Source: a virus. Taken from it: 64,000 nucleotides of DNA. The stretch spans positions 104,245 to 168,244 of the IMG/VR virus record IMGVR_UViG_3300031521_000011. One strand, written 5' to 3'. The notes under the pieces were generated by a model. That model saw only the letters and a list, made by a program, of their open reading frames with translations. It was not told where the DNA came from and did not search any database. The position numbers were made by a program, and so were the translations under genes. Positions 23,986 to 33,018 of this stretch are shown here, in pieces. Position 1 is the stretch's first letter. The number at the start of each line of letters is the position of its first letter.

Positions 23986-26328
23986 ATGTTAAGGAAGCAA
24001 GGATATCGCTCACAGTATCAGGACCTTTTCGTTCGCATGTATCCAGAACTGTGCGAAACTGGACATCAAATACTTGCAACTAAAACAATTACATTCGTGC
24101 TTACAGAGGCTTGTCCTCTGAGGTGTTCGTACTGTGTTACAGCGGGAACAATGCTTCTTGATGGAAATTTTCAGGAAGTGCCTATTGAGAAAGTTAAAAT
24201 TGGAGATACAATCATGGGATTCGATGAAAATAATCCAATGAATAGAAAGCAGAGAAAAGTATTTCCATCTAAAGTTACAGCAATATTTGAAAGGGATGCT
24301 GAAGTTATTCGCATTTCCTTTGATAATGGGGAAAGCTTAGAAATCACAGAAGAGCATCCGCTACTTACAGATAGAGGCTGGAAACTTGCTGGTAAAGTAT
24401 CCTGTGCAAATCTCGTAAAAAGCTTAACACCCAATATAAAAAATACCATACCAGTAGACATTGATAGTCTTTCATACAAGACTGGGTATGTAGTTGCCTC
24501 TTGGAAGGGCGATGGTAGTGTCAAAAGATATACACGGACAGTTGGAAATACAGAAGGTCTTGATATGTTCAAAATTCGCCTTGCGGTGAAAGATGATGAA
24601 ATAATAGACCGCACGGAAAGATTTAGCAGAAATATAGGTATTGAATTTTATAGAAAACTATATCTAGTCTCTAAAAAATATAATATGAAAAAAGAAGCTT
24701 TGTTTGCTAATACTCGAAAAGTCTATAATCAGCTAAATAATTTGTTCACAGAAAATATTGGTAGAAATGAATCTGTGGAGTATGCAAGTGGATTTTTAGC
24801 TGGAATTTATGATACAGAGGGTAGTATAAGCCCTAAGGGAATTATACGCATCTCACAACTAGAGGGTGAAGTACTGAACGAGATACAACGTTGCCTGTCT
24901 ATTCTGAAAATACCATTCGTAAACGAGGTATTTTCAGGTAGGGGTGCACACAATATTCGTATTATCGAACCCTCTTGTGAGCATACTCGAACACTCAATG
25001 CGCTACGCTTTATTAGGCAAGTACGTCCTTCTGTTGCGCGAAAAGGTGTAAGCGTTTTCTATAATAGATCCTTACTTCTTGAGACTCGCATAGTCAAAAT
25101 AGAAAAGGTAGGTAATAGAAAAGTATACAATGTTGAAACCGACTCCCATACCTACATTGCAAACTATATGGCAGTTCATAATTGCTATCAGTGCAATAAA
25201 GATCACTCAGCCATCATGAGTAAGGAAGTGGCTGATAAAGCCATCGATACAATCCTATCCAATGAGGCTATGCATGGATATATGGACTCAAATCAATCCC
25301 CATCCGTCATCCTTGACTTTATTGGCGGTGAGCCTCTGCTGGAGGCAGAGCTCATGGATTATATCGTCCAACAGTTCAGGAAGAAAGCCTACCTTCTCAA
25401 TCATCCATGGGCCAAGTACCATATGATAAGCATCTCATCCAACGGAATCCCGATTATATCGAATCCGAAGGCTGTAGAGTTTATTAAGAAATACAAAAAT
25501 AAATTGAGTCTCACCATCACAATCGATGGCAACAAGGAGCTCCATGATGCCTGCCGGGTGTATCCTTCAGGGGCTGGCTCCTATGACGACGTTCGCAAGG
25601 CCATAGACATTGCTCGGCAGTATGTCACAATGACAAACACCAAGGTGACTCTGGCACCTGAAAACGTACAGTACCTGACTGAGTCAGTCACCCACCTGTT
25701 TGATCTTGGGTTCACAGATGTGCACGCAAATTGCGTATTTGAAAACGTTTGGAAGATTGAAAATGCCCAGGAGCTATATCGACAGATGATAAAGCTTGCA
25801 GACATTATGATTGATGGAAAACTCTATGAAAAGTATGAGTGTTCCTTGTTCGATGACTTTATTGGTCACCCCATGCTCGATAGCGATACACAAAATTGGT
25901 GCGGAGGCTCAGGTCAAATGTTGGCTATTGGCACAGATGGCCGATTATTCCCATGTATTCGCTTTATGAAGTATAGCTATAGTAATCAAATTCGTGAAGA
26001 ATACGAGGTTGGCGACGTTGATCGTGGCATCGACAGGAAAGAAGATAATAAGTATCTGCAGATTCTTGGAACAATCACGCGCCAGGCTCAATCTACAGAT
26101 GAGTGCTTGACCTGCCCGGTAGCCAGCGGATGCTCCTGGTGCACAGGTTACAACTACGATTACTTCGGCACGCCGAATCACCGGGCTACATTCATCTGCT
26201 GGCCGCATAAGGCGAGGGTGTTGGCCAACCATTACTACTGGTCAAAGCTGGCTGAAGCTGGTATCATAGATACCGTTCCTGTTCTTCATTTAACTGATGA
26301 AGATATTAAGATAGTCAGGGGCGAATGA
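23986..26328 (+). CDS. Radical SAM/SPASM peptide maturase, CXXX-repeat target family, intein-containing
   Basis: After intein removal TEACPLRCSY|CYQ = CxxxCxxC; DFIGGEPLL; ITIDGNKELHDACR; SPASM WCGG...FPCIRF...CLTCPVASGCSWC...FIC. Confidence 0.92.
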   Translation: MLRKQGYRSQYQDLFVRMYPELCETGHQILATKTITFVLTEACPLRCSYCVTAGTMLLDGNFQEVPIEKVKIGDTIMGFDENNPMNRKQRKVFPSKVTAIFERDAEVIRISFDNGESLEITEEHPLLTDRGWKLAGKVSCANLVKSLTPNIKNTIPVDIDSLSYKTGYVVASWKGDGSVKRYTRTVGNTEGLDMFKIRLAVKDDEIIDRTERFSRNIGIEFYRKLYLVSKKYNMKKEALFANTRKVYNQLNNLFTENIGRNESVEYASGFLAGIYDTEGSISPKGIIRISQLEGEVLNEIQRCLSILKIPFVNEVFSGRGAHNIRIIEPSCEHTRTLNALRFIRQVRPSVARKGVSVFYNRSLLLETRIVKIEKVGNRKVYNVETDSHTYIANYMAVHNCYQCNKDHSAIMSKEVADKAIDTILSNEAMHGYMDSNQSPSVILDFIGGEPLLEAELMDYIVQQFRKKAYLLNHPWAKYHMISISSNGIPIISNPKAVEFIKKYKNKLSLTITIDGNKELHDACRVYPSGAGSYDDVRKAIDIARQYVTMTNTKVTLAPENVQYLTESVTHLFDLGFTDVHANCVFENVWKIENAQELYRQMIKLADIMIDGKLYEKYECSLFDDFIGHPMLDSDTQNWCGGSGQMLAIGTDGRLFPCIRFMKYSYSNQIREEYEVGDVDRGIDRKEDNKYLQILGTITRQAQSTDECLTCPVASGCSWCTGYNYDYFGTPNHRATFICWPHKARVLANHYYWSKLAEAGIIDTVPVLHLTDEDIKIVRGE
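24133..25182 (+). mobile_element. Intein with LAGLIDADG homing endonuclease (350 aa)
   Basis: Block A CVTAGT, block B TEEHPLLT, YVVASWKGDGS and FLAGIYDTEGS endonuclease motifs, VYNVET...YIANYMAVHN|C; more AT-rich than flanks. Confidence 0.95.
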
Positions 26329-27152
26329 GAATGAAATATAAACCGTTTTTTGGCGTTACAGAAAAGATTGATGACGATATTGCGGATATAAAGAAGGAAT
26401 CTGCAAAGATTCGTGAACCCGAAATTGGATGTTCAGTAGGCTGCTTTGGCTGTGGAACTACATGTATTGGAGCATGCTTTGCTGCATGCGTCGGTGCATG
26501 CATAGGTAACTGCGCTGGTAGCTCCATGGGGAATATGAAGCCCCCTGTCGTATGTAATCAGCCAAAATGCATGAGCTGCAGCAGCGAAGAGGTATTAATG
26601 TCATTTCCTGTTACGGAGGATTTGAGCTTATATCTTGAAAAACTCCTTACCGAGAGGATATCGCTGCAAGAGATTATTATATCGGTAGGGAATGACCCAA
26701 CCATCGAGAATGACGAAAAATTTCAAGAACTTATGCAGCAATATAAAGATGCATTCGTGGCGTGGGACTACTGCTACATAATGCTGGCAAAGGAATATGT
26801 TCCTGCAGAATATATGGGCGGTATTTCATTTTCATTCAACGAAAAAACATTCGTATATAAAGGAGAGGTAAAAAACATGAGCAATGCAAAAGTACTCACA
26901 GAAGCCATCGAGTCAGAGGAAAAGGATACCCTTCAGAACAGCTGGTACGACAGAGAGGCACTCCATGAGCTGATCAAGGAAGGCTCCACATCCATCGAAG
27001 TAATGAGGGAATTCAAGGAAGCCAACCGTATCTATCAAAAGACATGGAACGATCTGCTGAAGAAGTATTTCCCCAGCGTGGATACATCAACCAACGGCAC
27101 GGCATCGTGGACTTGCGACTTCGAGGCCAACACGGTCACGGTCACCATGTAG
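26325..27152 (+). CDS. Short Cys-rich precursor fused to two CXXX-repeat modification-system helper-like domains
   Basis: GCSVGCFGCGTTCIGACFAACVGACIGNC, then two ~90-aa related domains ending ISFSFNEKTF and WTCDFEANTVTV; in-frame internal RBS+ATG at 26877. Confidence 0.7.
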   Translation: MRMKYKPFFGVTEKIDDDIADIKKESAKIREPEIGCSVGCFGCGTTCIGACFAACVGACIGNCAGSSMGNMKPPVVCNQPKCMSCSSEEVLMSFPVTEDLSLYLEKLLTERISLQEIIISVGNDPTIENDEKFQELMQQYKDAFVAWDYCYIMLAKEYVPAEYMGGISFSFNEKTFVYKGEVKNMSNAKVLTEAIESEEKDTLQNSWYDREALHELIKEGSTSIEVMREFKEANRIYQKTWNDLLKKYFPSVDTSTNGTASWTCDFEANTVTVTM

Positions 27153-27165
27153 GGAGGTTCTGATA

Positions 27166-27597
27166 ATGAAAATATCTCTAAAGAATCTCCAGAGCCTATA
27201 TCTAGCTCATCAGAATCTTCTCAGTTTCGAGTTGAGTGGCCGGTTTGGATATATGGCTGCCATAAATCTACAGGTTCTGGAACCGGCCTGGGAGGAATAT
27301 GTCAAGCGCAGACAAATCCTCGAAATGTCCTACGCTCATAAAGAAGATGGGCAAATTATGCGCGACTTAACCGGCGGTATCATCTTTGATGATGAAGAAA
27401 AATACCAATCAGAACTGGATAAACTCCAGCGCACAATCTCTAATGTCCCCCTATATGTATTCGAGAGAGAAGATGTTGTAGAACATGGAAGAATACTGGG
27501 GGCCATCATGTACAACCTTCTACCCGTCATGCCGGATCTGGCGTGGCCAATTGTGCCCGTAATGGCAGAAAGCGAGGATGCATCATGTCAGCAGTAA
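27166..27597 (+). CDS. DUF1617-like phage protein
   Basis: LSGRFGYMAAINLQVL...RRQILEMSYAHKEDG pattern; common position between fibres and lysin. Confidence 0.45.
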   Translation: MKISLKNLQSLYLAHQNLLSFELSGRFGYMAAINLQVLEPAWEEYVKRRQILEMSYAHKEDGQIMRDLTGGIIFDDEEKYQSELDKLQRTISNVPLYVFEREDVVEHGRILGAIMYNLLPVMPDLAWPIVPVMAESEDASCQQ

Positions 27598-28484
27598 TTG
27601 GGAGAAAGCCAAAGGTAGCTCTGACCAGGGGGCATGACCCCAGCACGCCCGGGAAGCGCTCGTTCGATGGAAAGCTCAGGGAGTGGGCCTTCAACGATGA
27701 CATGGCCGCGCGCCTTAATAAGCATCTGCTGTTCAATGGGATCGACGTCCTATTGACGATCCCTACCGGAGGAGCGGATGCGCTGCCGGACATCAACACC
27801 CACAATGGATATCTTAACCGCAAGGCGCGTATCGCCAAGATCAACGCCTGGAAGCCGGATCTGGAGATCGAGTTCCACGCCAATGCCTGTGGTACCAACT
27901 GGAATAGCGGCCGTGGGCAAATCCTCTATATCGCAGCGTCAAAGAGGGGAACGGACTCCGAAAAATTCATCAATGTGCTTCGCAAATACATGCGCTCTGT
28001 GGCCGGCACTGGCTCTATCACGCCGGATCGTGGATTCGGCTATAAGAACTTTGATATCGTGAATGGCGTCAAAGCTCCATGCTGCCTGATCGAGCATGCT
28101 TTCATGACGAATCACGAAGACGTTGCATTGCTATTGAGTGATGTGCAGCGCGATAAATGGGCCGAGGCAGAGGCCCGGGCCGTCTGCGAGTGGTTCGCTA
28201 TTCCGTTTAAAAACTACAAAAATGTTGTTACGCCGCCAAAGCCGCCAAAGCCACCGGTTCCGAAAATGCCCACCCTCAAGCGCGGCATGGTGAATAATGA
28301 TGATGTTCGTAAGCTGCAGAATGCCATCAATAAGTTCATCGCAGACAAAAAGAATTGGCTTGATGTGGATGGAGACTTCGGAGAACTGACAGAACAGGCC
28401 CTTATAGCTGTCCAGAAGGCATTACTGCCCTCTTCCCCCTTGGGAGTTGCCGATCAAGCAACCTGGGACAAGCTACTGGCATAA
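27585..28484 (+). CDS. Endolysin: N-acetylmuramoyl-L-alanine amidase (Amidase_3) + PG-binding domain
   Basis: LTRGHD..REW..EFHANA..CLIEHAFMTN; PTLKRG..DVDGDFGELTEQA. Confidence 0.92.
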   Translation: MSAVIGRKPKVALTRGHDPSTPGKRSFDGKLREWAFNDDMAARLNKHLLFNGIDVLLTIPTGGADALPDINTHNGYLNRKARIAKINAWKPDLEIEFHANACGTNWNSGRGQILYIAASKRGTDSEKFINVLRKYMRSVAGTGSITPDRGFGYKNFDIVNGVKAPCCLIEHAFMTNHEDVALLLSDVQRDKWAEAEARAVCEWFAIPFKNYKNVVTPPKPPKPPVPKMPTLKRGMVNNDDVRKLQNAINKFIADKKNWLDVDGDFGELTEQALIAVQKALLPSSPLGVADQATWDKLLA

Positions 28485-28499
28485 CATGAGCCCAGCATC

Positions 28500-28525
28500 A
28501 GAGAGCGCGTCATGCGCTCTCTTTT
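28500..28525 (+). terminator. Rho-independent terminator
   Basis: AGAGAGCGC-gtcat-GCGCTCTCT-TTT. Confidence 0.7.
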
Positions 28526-28619
28526 GCTATGATAAACTTTTGTATCGCTCTGGCATCTGACCACCATATGTGGTATCATTTTTATTGAACTAAAAAAAGG
28601 AATATGGAGGTGCCTAACC

Positions 28620-29123
28620 ATGGCTGAGACACCTAAAGGCGTATGCCCGGCCCATGAATATTTCGAGAAAAATATAACCGATGGGCTCAACAATATATTA
28701 AGGGTTGTTGAAGAAATGAAGTCTGATCAACGATCTGAGATAGACAGTATCAAGAACAGGCTTGACCGGGTTGAGACAACGCAGAGGGATTCAGCAATTG
28801 TTAATGAACGTATAAAAATCATTTCAGAAGAAAATGGAAGAAAATACGATCAAATACAAACAACCCTCAGTAGTGTCGTCGATAAATTGGATAAGACATG
28901 CACTGCGGTTGCCAGGACTCAAGGCGCCGAAGAAGCAAGAAAGCAGATGACAAGTCAATCTGCTAGTCAAAAAAAAAATTCGGAAACCGCCCCATCGTCG
29001 AGCGCAAAGCCGGATTCTAATATTAGTCGGGCACTTCTTATCTCAGTTATCGCACTGGCTATCGTAATTTTAGTCTTGATTGGTGTGAAGATTGAGGATA
29101 TAATAAAGATCGTAAAGCCATAG
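28620..29123 (+). CDS. Coiled-coil protein with C-terminal TM helix (holin/lysis accessory-like)
   Basis: ALLISVIALAIVILVLIGV TM; next to endolysin. Confidence 0.5.
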   Translation: MAETPKGVCPAHEYFEKNITDGLNNILRVVEEMKSDQRSEIDSIKNRLDRVETTQRDSAIVNERIKIISEENGRKYDQIQTTLSSVVDKLDKTCTAVARTQGAEEARKQMTSQSASQKKNSETAPSSSAKPDSNISRALLISVIALAIVILVLIGVKIEDIIKIVKP

Positions 29124-29146
29124 CGCTTACAGTAGGAGGTACAATC

Positions 29147-29635
29147 ATGTTCTTTCATAACATTGGAACTTTTATAGCAACTAACTGGACACTGCTTCTG
29201 GCGCTTGTCCTGGTTGTTGCCCTCTTGGCCGTACTCTTGATCGGCAAAAAGAACAAACTCGTGCTGCAGTTCATGCTGTTGGCTGAAAAGAAAGCTGACG
29301 ACTATTGCCTGCGCACAGGGGAGGATAAAATCTCATTTGTAGCAGATTTTGTCCTATCTCAGCTTAGAAGGCTGCCATTCGGAAACATACTCGCCATATT
29401 TATACCTCGAACTGCGGTTATTAAAGCCGTCGACTATCTATTATATCAGGCATATGACTATGTTGATGACGGAAAATTTGATGATAGCTGGACCCCTGAA
29501 GAGGAAGAGAAGCTGAAACAAGAATTATTGGACAATTATAATGAATCAAAATCCCAGTTGCCTGAATCAGTTACTGCTGTAGTTTCGGACACTGCGCCAC
29601 CCGCCGGCGAGGAAAGCATTGCTCCTGGAGAGTAG
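29147..29635 (+). CDS. Putative holin (single N-terminal TM, LL-H-like)
   Basis: NWTLLLALVLVVALLAVLLI then AEK..TGEDK; end of lysis cassette. Confidence 0.6.
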   Translation: MFFHNIGTFIATNWTLLLALVLVVALLAVLLIGKKNKLVLQFMLLAEKKADDYCLRTGEDKISFVADFVLSQLRRLPFGNILAIFIPRTAVIKAVDYLLYQAYDYVDDGKFDDSWTPEEEEKLKQELLDNYNESKSQLPESVTAVVSDTAPPAGEESIAPGE

Positions 29636-29653
29636 TGCAAAAGAGAGAAGAGA

Positions 29654-29685
29654 AGGGCGGGGATTTCTCCCCGCCCTATTTCTTT
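29654..29685. terminator. Terminator at the convergence of the + and - operons
   Basis: AGGGCGGGGA-tttc-TCCCCGCCCT with pyrimidine tails on both strands. Confidence 0.75.
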
Positions 29686-29885
29686 GTATTGGTGGCTATG
29701 ACTCCTGATAACATAACACCGCCATCTTCCATAAGTTCATACACCTCGACTCCGCCCGCTTTCACTTTGAATTCGATAGAGCACCAACTGCAAAAGAACC
29801 TATTATGTCCGCAGTCACCGACAGAATTAGGTAAGTTACATATTGGGCATATTTCTTTTTTCGGAGCGGAGTCGGGGTGATTCAT
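29676..29885 (-). CDS. Small Zn-ribbon protein
   Basis: CPIC...CSWC. Confidence 0.55.
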   Translation of the reverse strand: MNHPDSAPKKEICPICNLPNSVGDCGHNRFFCSWCSIEFKVKAGGVEVYELMEDGGVMLSGVIATNTKK

Positions 29886-29897
29886 ATTGCGCCCTCC

Positions 29898-31874
29898 TTA
29901 TTTCTTAGCAAAGGCGCTAAAGATATTTTGCTGTGCATCATTACGGGCTTCGGTTTTCACACGCTCAGCATTACCGAAGAATTCCTTAAGAATTGCCACC
30001 TGGGCAGAATGTTGATCAATCTGATTTTCCAGTTTTATAGTATCACGACTCTTACGCCGTGCCCGGGCCGCCATGCCGCCAACAACCTTCACTCGACTCT
30101 TTTCAAATTCTTCCCTGGCTGTATAGAATCGATTCGTAGCCTGCTGCGCAAAGAACTTCACATGCTCGTCCAGTACATCAATCACTTCAGTCACCTTCCT
30201 TGCTGCCTCCAGCATAAATTCTGGAAGATAACCAATTTCTTTCTCGTAATCGACATTTCGAGCTCCACGGCCAATCCTCTGAACGAGTGTGATTTCAGAG
30301 TTGCCAGCGCTGCCAATGACGACGCCACTGATTGATGGGATATTCACGCCGGCATCAAAAATTGTGCTACCAATGAGGATTTTGAACTTGCCCTTCCTGA
30401 ATTCTTTAATGGCCATCACCCGGGCGGCGTCAGCCGTTTCACCGTAGATATATCGCACATCATCTTCAGGAATACCTTGCTCTACAAACATATTCTTCAA
30501 GATGAACCCATGCTCAATGCGGGTAATCAAAACCAGGACAAATCTGCCATCATTTACCATTCTCAAAGTATGCTCTACAATCAATTCATTGCGAAGTTGA
30601 TTATTTACAATCCACTCCGTATAGGCTTCCGCATACTCAATACTGGTATCTTTTTCATTGTATAATCCGTGGTTAAAGGGGATGTACTTAATATCCAGTT
30701 CGCATAGGCGGCCTTTATCAATTTGCTCACCTGCCGATGTGGTAAAGATTGCCGGACCGGATTGTGCATTGATTTTTAATGAAGCGCCGTCGGTGCGCTT
30801 TGGAGTAGCTGAAAAAGTAAAACGAAGAGGAGCAAGGCACTTATCCAGCACATGATCCCATGTTGGAGTGCCTACTGCCTGACATTCATCTACGAGCAAT
30901 AACTTACACACATTCTCCAGCCATTCTTTCATTTGCTTTTTAGTTCTTGGATCTTTGAGTCGTGCATCAATGCTTTGTATTGTAGCAACTATTATCCTAG
31001 AGTTCAAGGGTGGAATGTTTTTAGCTGTCATTTCAGGTTTAAGTTTCGTTTTTCCAAAGACTCCATCCTTGATTTGATCTACATCCTCCGGATTCACACC
31101 CACCAAGAAATCTAAGAAAGCGTCTCTGGCGTCGTCCAGGAGCGCCTTTTTGTTGGCCAAAAAAAGTACCGGAACGCCAAATGCGCCAACGATCTTAACC
31201 ATCAGTATAGCTGTCTTTCCAAATCCGGTGGGAGCCTTTAGTATTCCTCGAAGATTTTCAACAGAGAGTCGCACTGCCTCATCTTGATCCGGGTCCGCCA
31301 CGATGCCAGCCTTGTTGTTTTCATTCCACTTCCATGGAAACTGCCGGGGAGGAAGCGCCTCATATGAAGTAGATACCGTATATGGCATATGCATCTCATC
31401 CAGCTTGGCCTTTACCAAATAAAGAAGACCTGATGGAAAAGTATGCTTTGTTTTATTGTACATTTCCACGTAGCCATCCCAATTGCCATTTGCGTAAGCT
31501 TTCTGATTCACAGCTGCTTTGAAGAAGTACCTGCATGCCTCATTGATGGGATTGTTGATCTTCGCAAACGTCTCTTCCGATGTATCAATTGTGCTATCGA
31601 GAATCTCGCAATTAATGGCAATGGGGCGGTTTGCTTTATATTCCTGTTCCCATTTTATGAACTCCTGACTGTACAGAAATTCTGCTCCAGACTTCTTTTG
31701 GTTGGCGATCCTTAAATTTTCAAAAAGGGTTATCTGCGCTTCTGGTATCCACCACCTGGGTGGATCATATCTCGCCCCGGGAACATGCTGCATGATGTCA
31801 ATCAATACATCGTTCTCAGTGATATTCTGCGCGCGGAGGGATACTTCTCCATGATAATGATGCACGCCGATCAT
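29898..31874 (-). CDS. Superfamily 2 DNA helicase (UvsW/A18-like)
   Basis: APTGFGKT, VDECQ, SATP, DAGVNIP, QRIGRGAR. Confidence 0.92.
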   Translation of the reverse strand: MIGVHHYHGEVSLRAQNITENDVLIDIMQHVPGARYDPPRWWIPEAQITLFENLRIANQKKSGAEFLYSQEFIKWEQEYKANRPIAINCEILDSTIDTSEETFAKINNPINEACRYFFKAAVNQKAYANGNWDGYVEMYNKTKHTFPSGLLYLVKAKLDEMHMPYTVSTSYEALPPRQFPWKWNENNKAGIVADPDQDEAVRLSVENLRGILKAPTGFGKTAILMVKIVGAFGVPVLFLANKKALLDDARDAFLDFLVGVNPEDVDQIKDGVFGKTKLKPEMTAKNIPPLNSRIIVATIQSIDARLKDPRTKKQMKEWLENVCKLLLVDECQAVGTPTWDHVLDKCLAPLRFTFSATPKRTDGASLKINAQSGPAIFTTSAGEQIDKGRLCELDIKYIPFNHGLYNEKDTSIEYAEAYTEWIVNNQLRNELIVEHTLRMVNDGRFVLVLITRIEHGFILKNMFVEQGIPEDDVRYIYGETADAARVMAIKEFRKGKFKILIGSTIFDAGVNIPSISGVVIGSAGNSEITLVQRIGRGARNVDYEKEIGYLPEFMLEAARKVTEVIDVLDEHVKFFAQQATNRFYTAREEFEKSRVKVVGGMAARARRKSRDTIKLENQIDQHSAQVAILKEFFGNAERVKTEARNDAQQNIFSAFAKK

Positions 31875-31907
31875 TTATATTCACCTTTCTTCCCACAAAT
31901 ATGAAAA

Positions 31908-31932
31908 CAGGCCAAGCGCAATGCTTGGCCTG
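31908..31932 (-). terminator. Rho-independent terminator
   Basis: CAGGCCAAGC stem, followed by TTTT on the - strand. Confidence 0.65.
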
Positions 31933-31949
31933 AGGGTTAGGCCTACGGA

Positions 31950-32141
31950 CTATTCCTGCGAATCATTGATGGGCAGGATGCTCTGAGGTGTTACCGTTAT
32001 GACGATTCCGGTGCCGAGGTTGCTTTTCGCTTGCTCGACAATCATCGTGCCGGCTACCACCACAGCAGTCAATGCCGCGCATTTGACAACAGGGTTGGCC
32101 CATACCTTTTTACAAAATATTTTGAATTTTTCGCCAGCCAT
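31950..32141 (-). CDS. Small hydrophobic/membrane peptide
   Basis: SD AGAGGAG; NPVVKCAALTAVVVAG. Confidence 0.6.
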   Translation of the reverse strand: MAGEKFKIFCKKVWANPVVKCAALTAVVVAGTMIVEQAKSNLGTGIVITVTPQSILPINDSQE

Positions 32142-32172
32142 AATGATCACTCCTCTGACTTTTATTGACCCG

Positions 32173-32202
32173 ATTGTAGCACAGTCAGAGGAGTGATGTC
32201 AA
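32173..32202 (-). promoter_or_regulatory. sigmaA-type promoter overlapping a 15-bp inverted repeat
   Basis: - strand TTGACA-18 nt-TACAAT with extended TG; IR arms 32146-32160 and 32183-32197. Confidence 0.6.
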
Positions 32203-32264
32203 CAGACTTATTTCAGTATGTGTACTCCAAAAAGAAAAGGAAGGCGGGGTTTCCCCCGCCGATT

Positions 32265-32402
32265 TTAGATATCGAGATTGCATCCGGTTTCCTTCAGACC
32301 TTTATAGAGCCCGAACGCCAGGGTTTCGCATAATGCGATCCCTGCCAGCACCAATGATGCCTTTATGATTGGATTCTTCAATAGGCTTGATAAGAAATTC
32401 AT
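32265..32402 (-). CDS. Small hydrophobic peptide (45 aa, not in ORF track)
   Basis: AGGAGG SD; MNFLSSLLKNPIIKASLVLAGIALCETLAFGLYKGLKETGCNLDI; terminator at ~32242-32260. Confidence 0.65.
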   Translation of the reverse strand: MNFLSSLLKNPIIKASLVLAGIALCETLAFGLYKGLKETGCNLDI

Positions 32403-32411
32403 GTTTACCTC

Positions 32412-33008
32412 CTACTTCTTGTCTGCTGTGAAAATGGATCTATACTGATCATTCAGAATCGAAGTTACAGCCTTTAAGCCAATGATTCCAGTAATGATTG
32501 CAGCCTGCTTCAGCGTGTTGCTTGACAGGGCATTCTTCACTTTAATGGCTATCTGGTTGGTCTTCTTATTACGATTTCTGATATAATCCAGGTGTGGATT
32601 TTGACTTACCGGCTTGCCTGCCGGCTTTGTGACTGCGAGTTCCTTCTCGGCCTCAGCAAAGGCTTTCTTTCGGATATCAGAGAACCTATTGTTGGTCCGC
32701 TCGAACTCTCCTTTTGTGCTTGTATCTGTGGTTGTTTTATAGTAATTGGATCCAAATCCGGAGGACGGTGCAGAGGATGCTGCCGAGGTACCTCCGAATC
32801 CCCCGGAAGATGTTGATGACTTTGCCGCTGCAGGGATTGCTGCCTCGAACTTCTTGACGTCGTTGGCCATAGGGGTTACATCCTTGATTCGCTTCGTAAA
32901 GCCTTCACCGAGGTCTTTCTTTGCAGCCTCTACGACAATGGGATCGGGAGCGTAGTAATCTCTGATAACCAGACTATTGAGGGCATCAACCTCATTAAAT
33001 TCTTCCAT
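32412..33008 (-). CDS. Hypothetical protein with C-terminal hydrophobic segment
   Basis: Ser/Gly-rich middle; LKQAAIITGIIGLKAV tail. Confidence 0.6.
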   Translation of the reverse strand: MEEFNEVDALNSLVIRDYYAPDPIVVEAAKKDLGEGFTKRIKDVTPMANDVKKFEAAIPAAAKSSTSSGGFGGTSAASSAPSSGFGSNYYKTTTDTSTKGEFERTNNRFSDIRKKAFAEAEKELAVTKPAGKPVSQNPHLDYIRNRNKKTNQIAIKVKNALSSNTLKQAAIITGIIGLKAVTSILNDQYRSIFTADKK

Positions 33009-33018
33009 ACTCCCTTCC

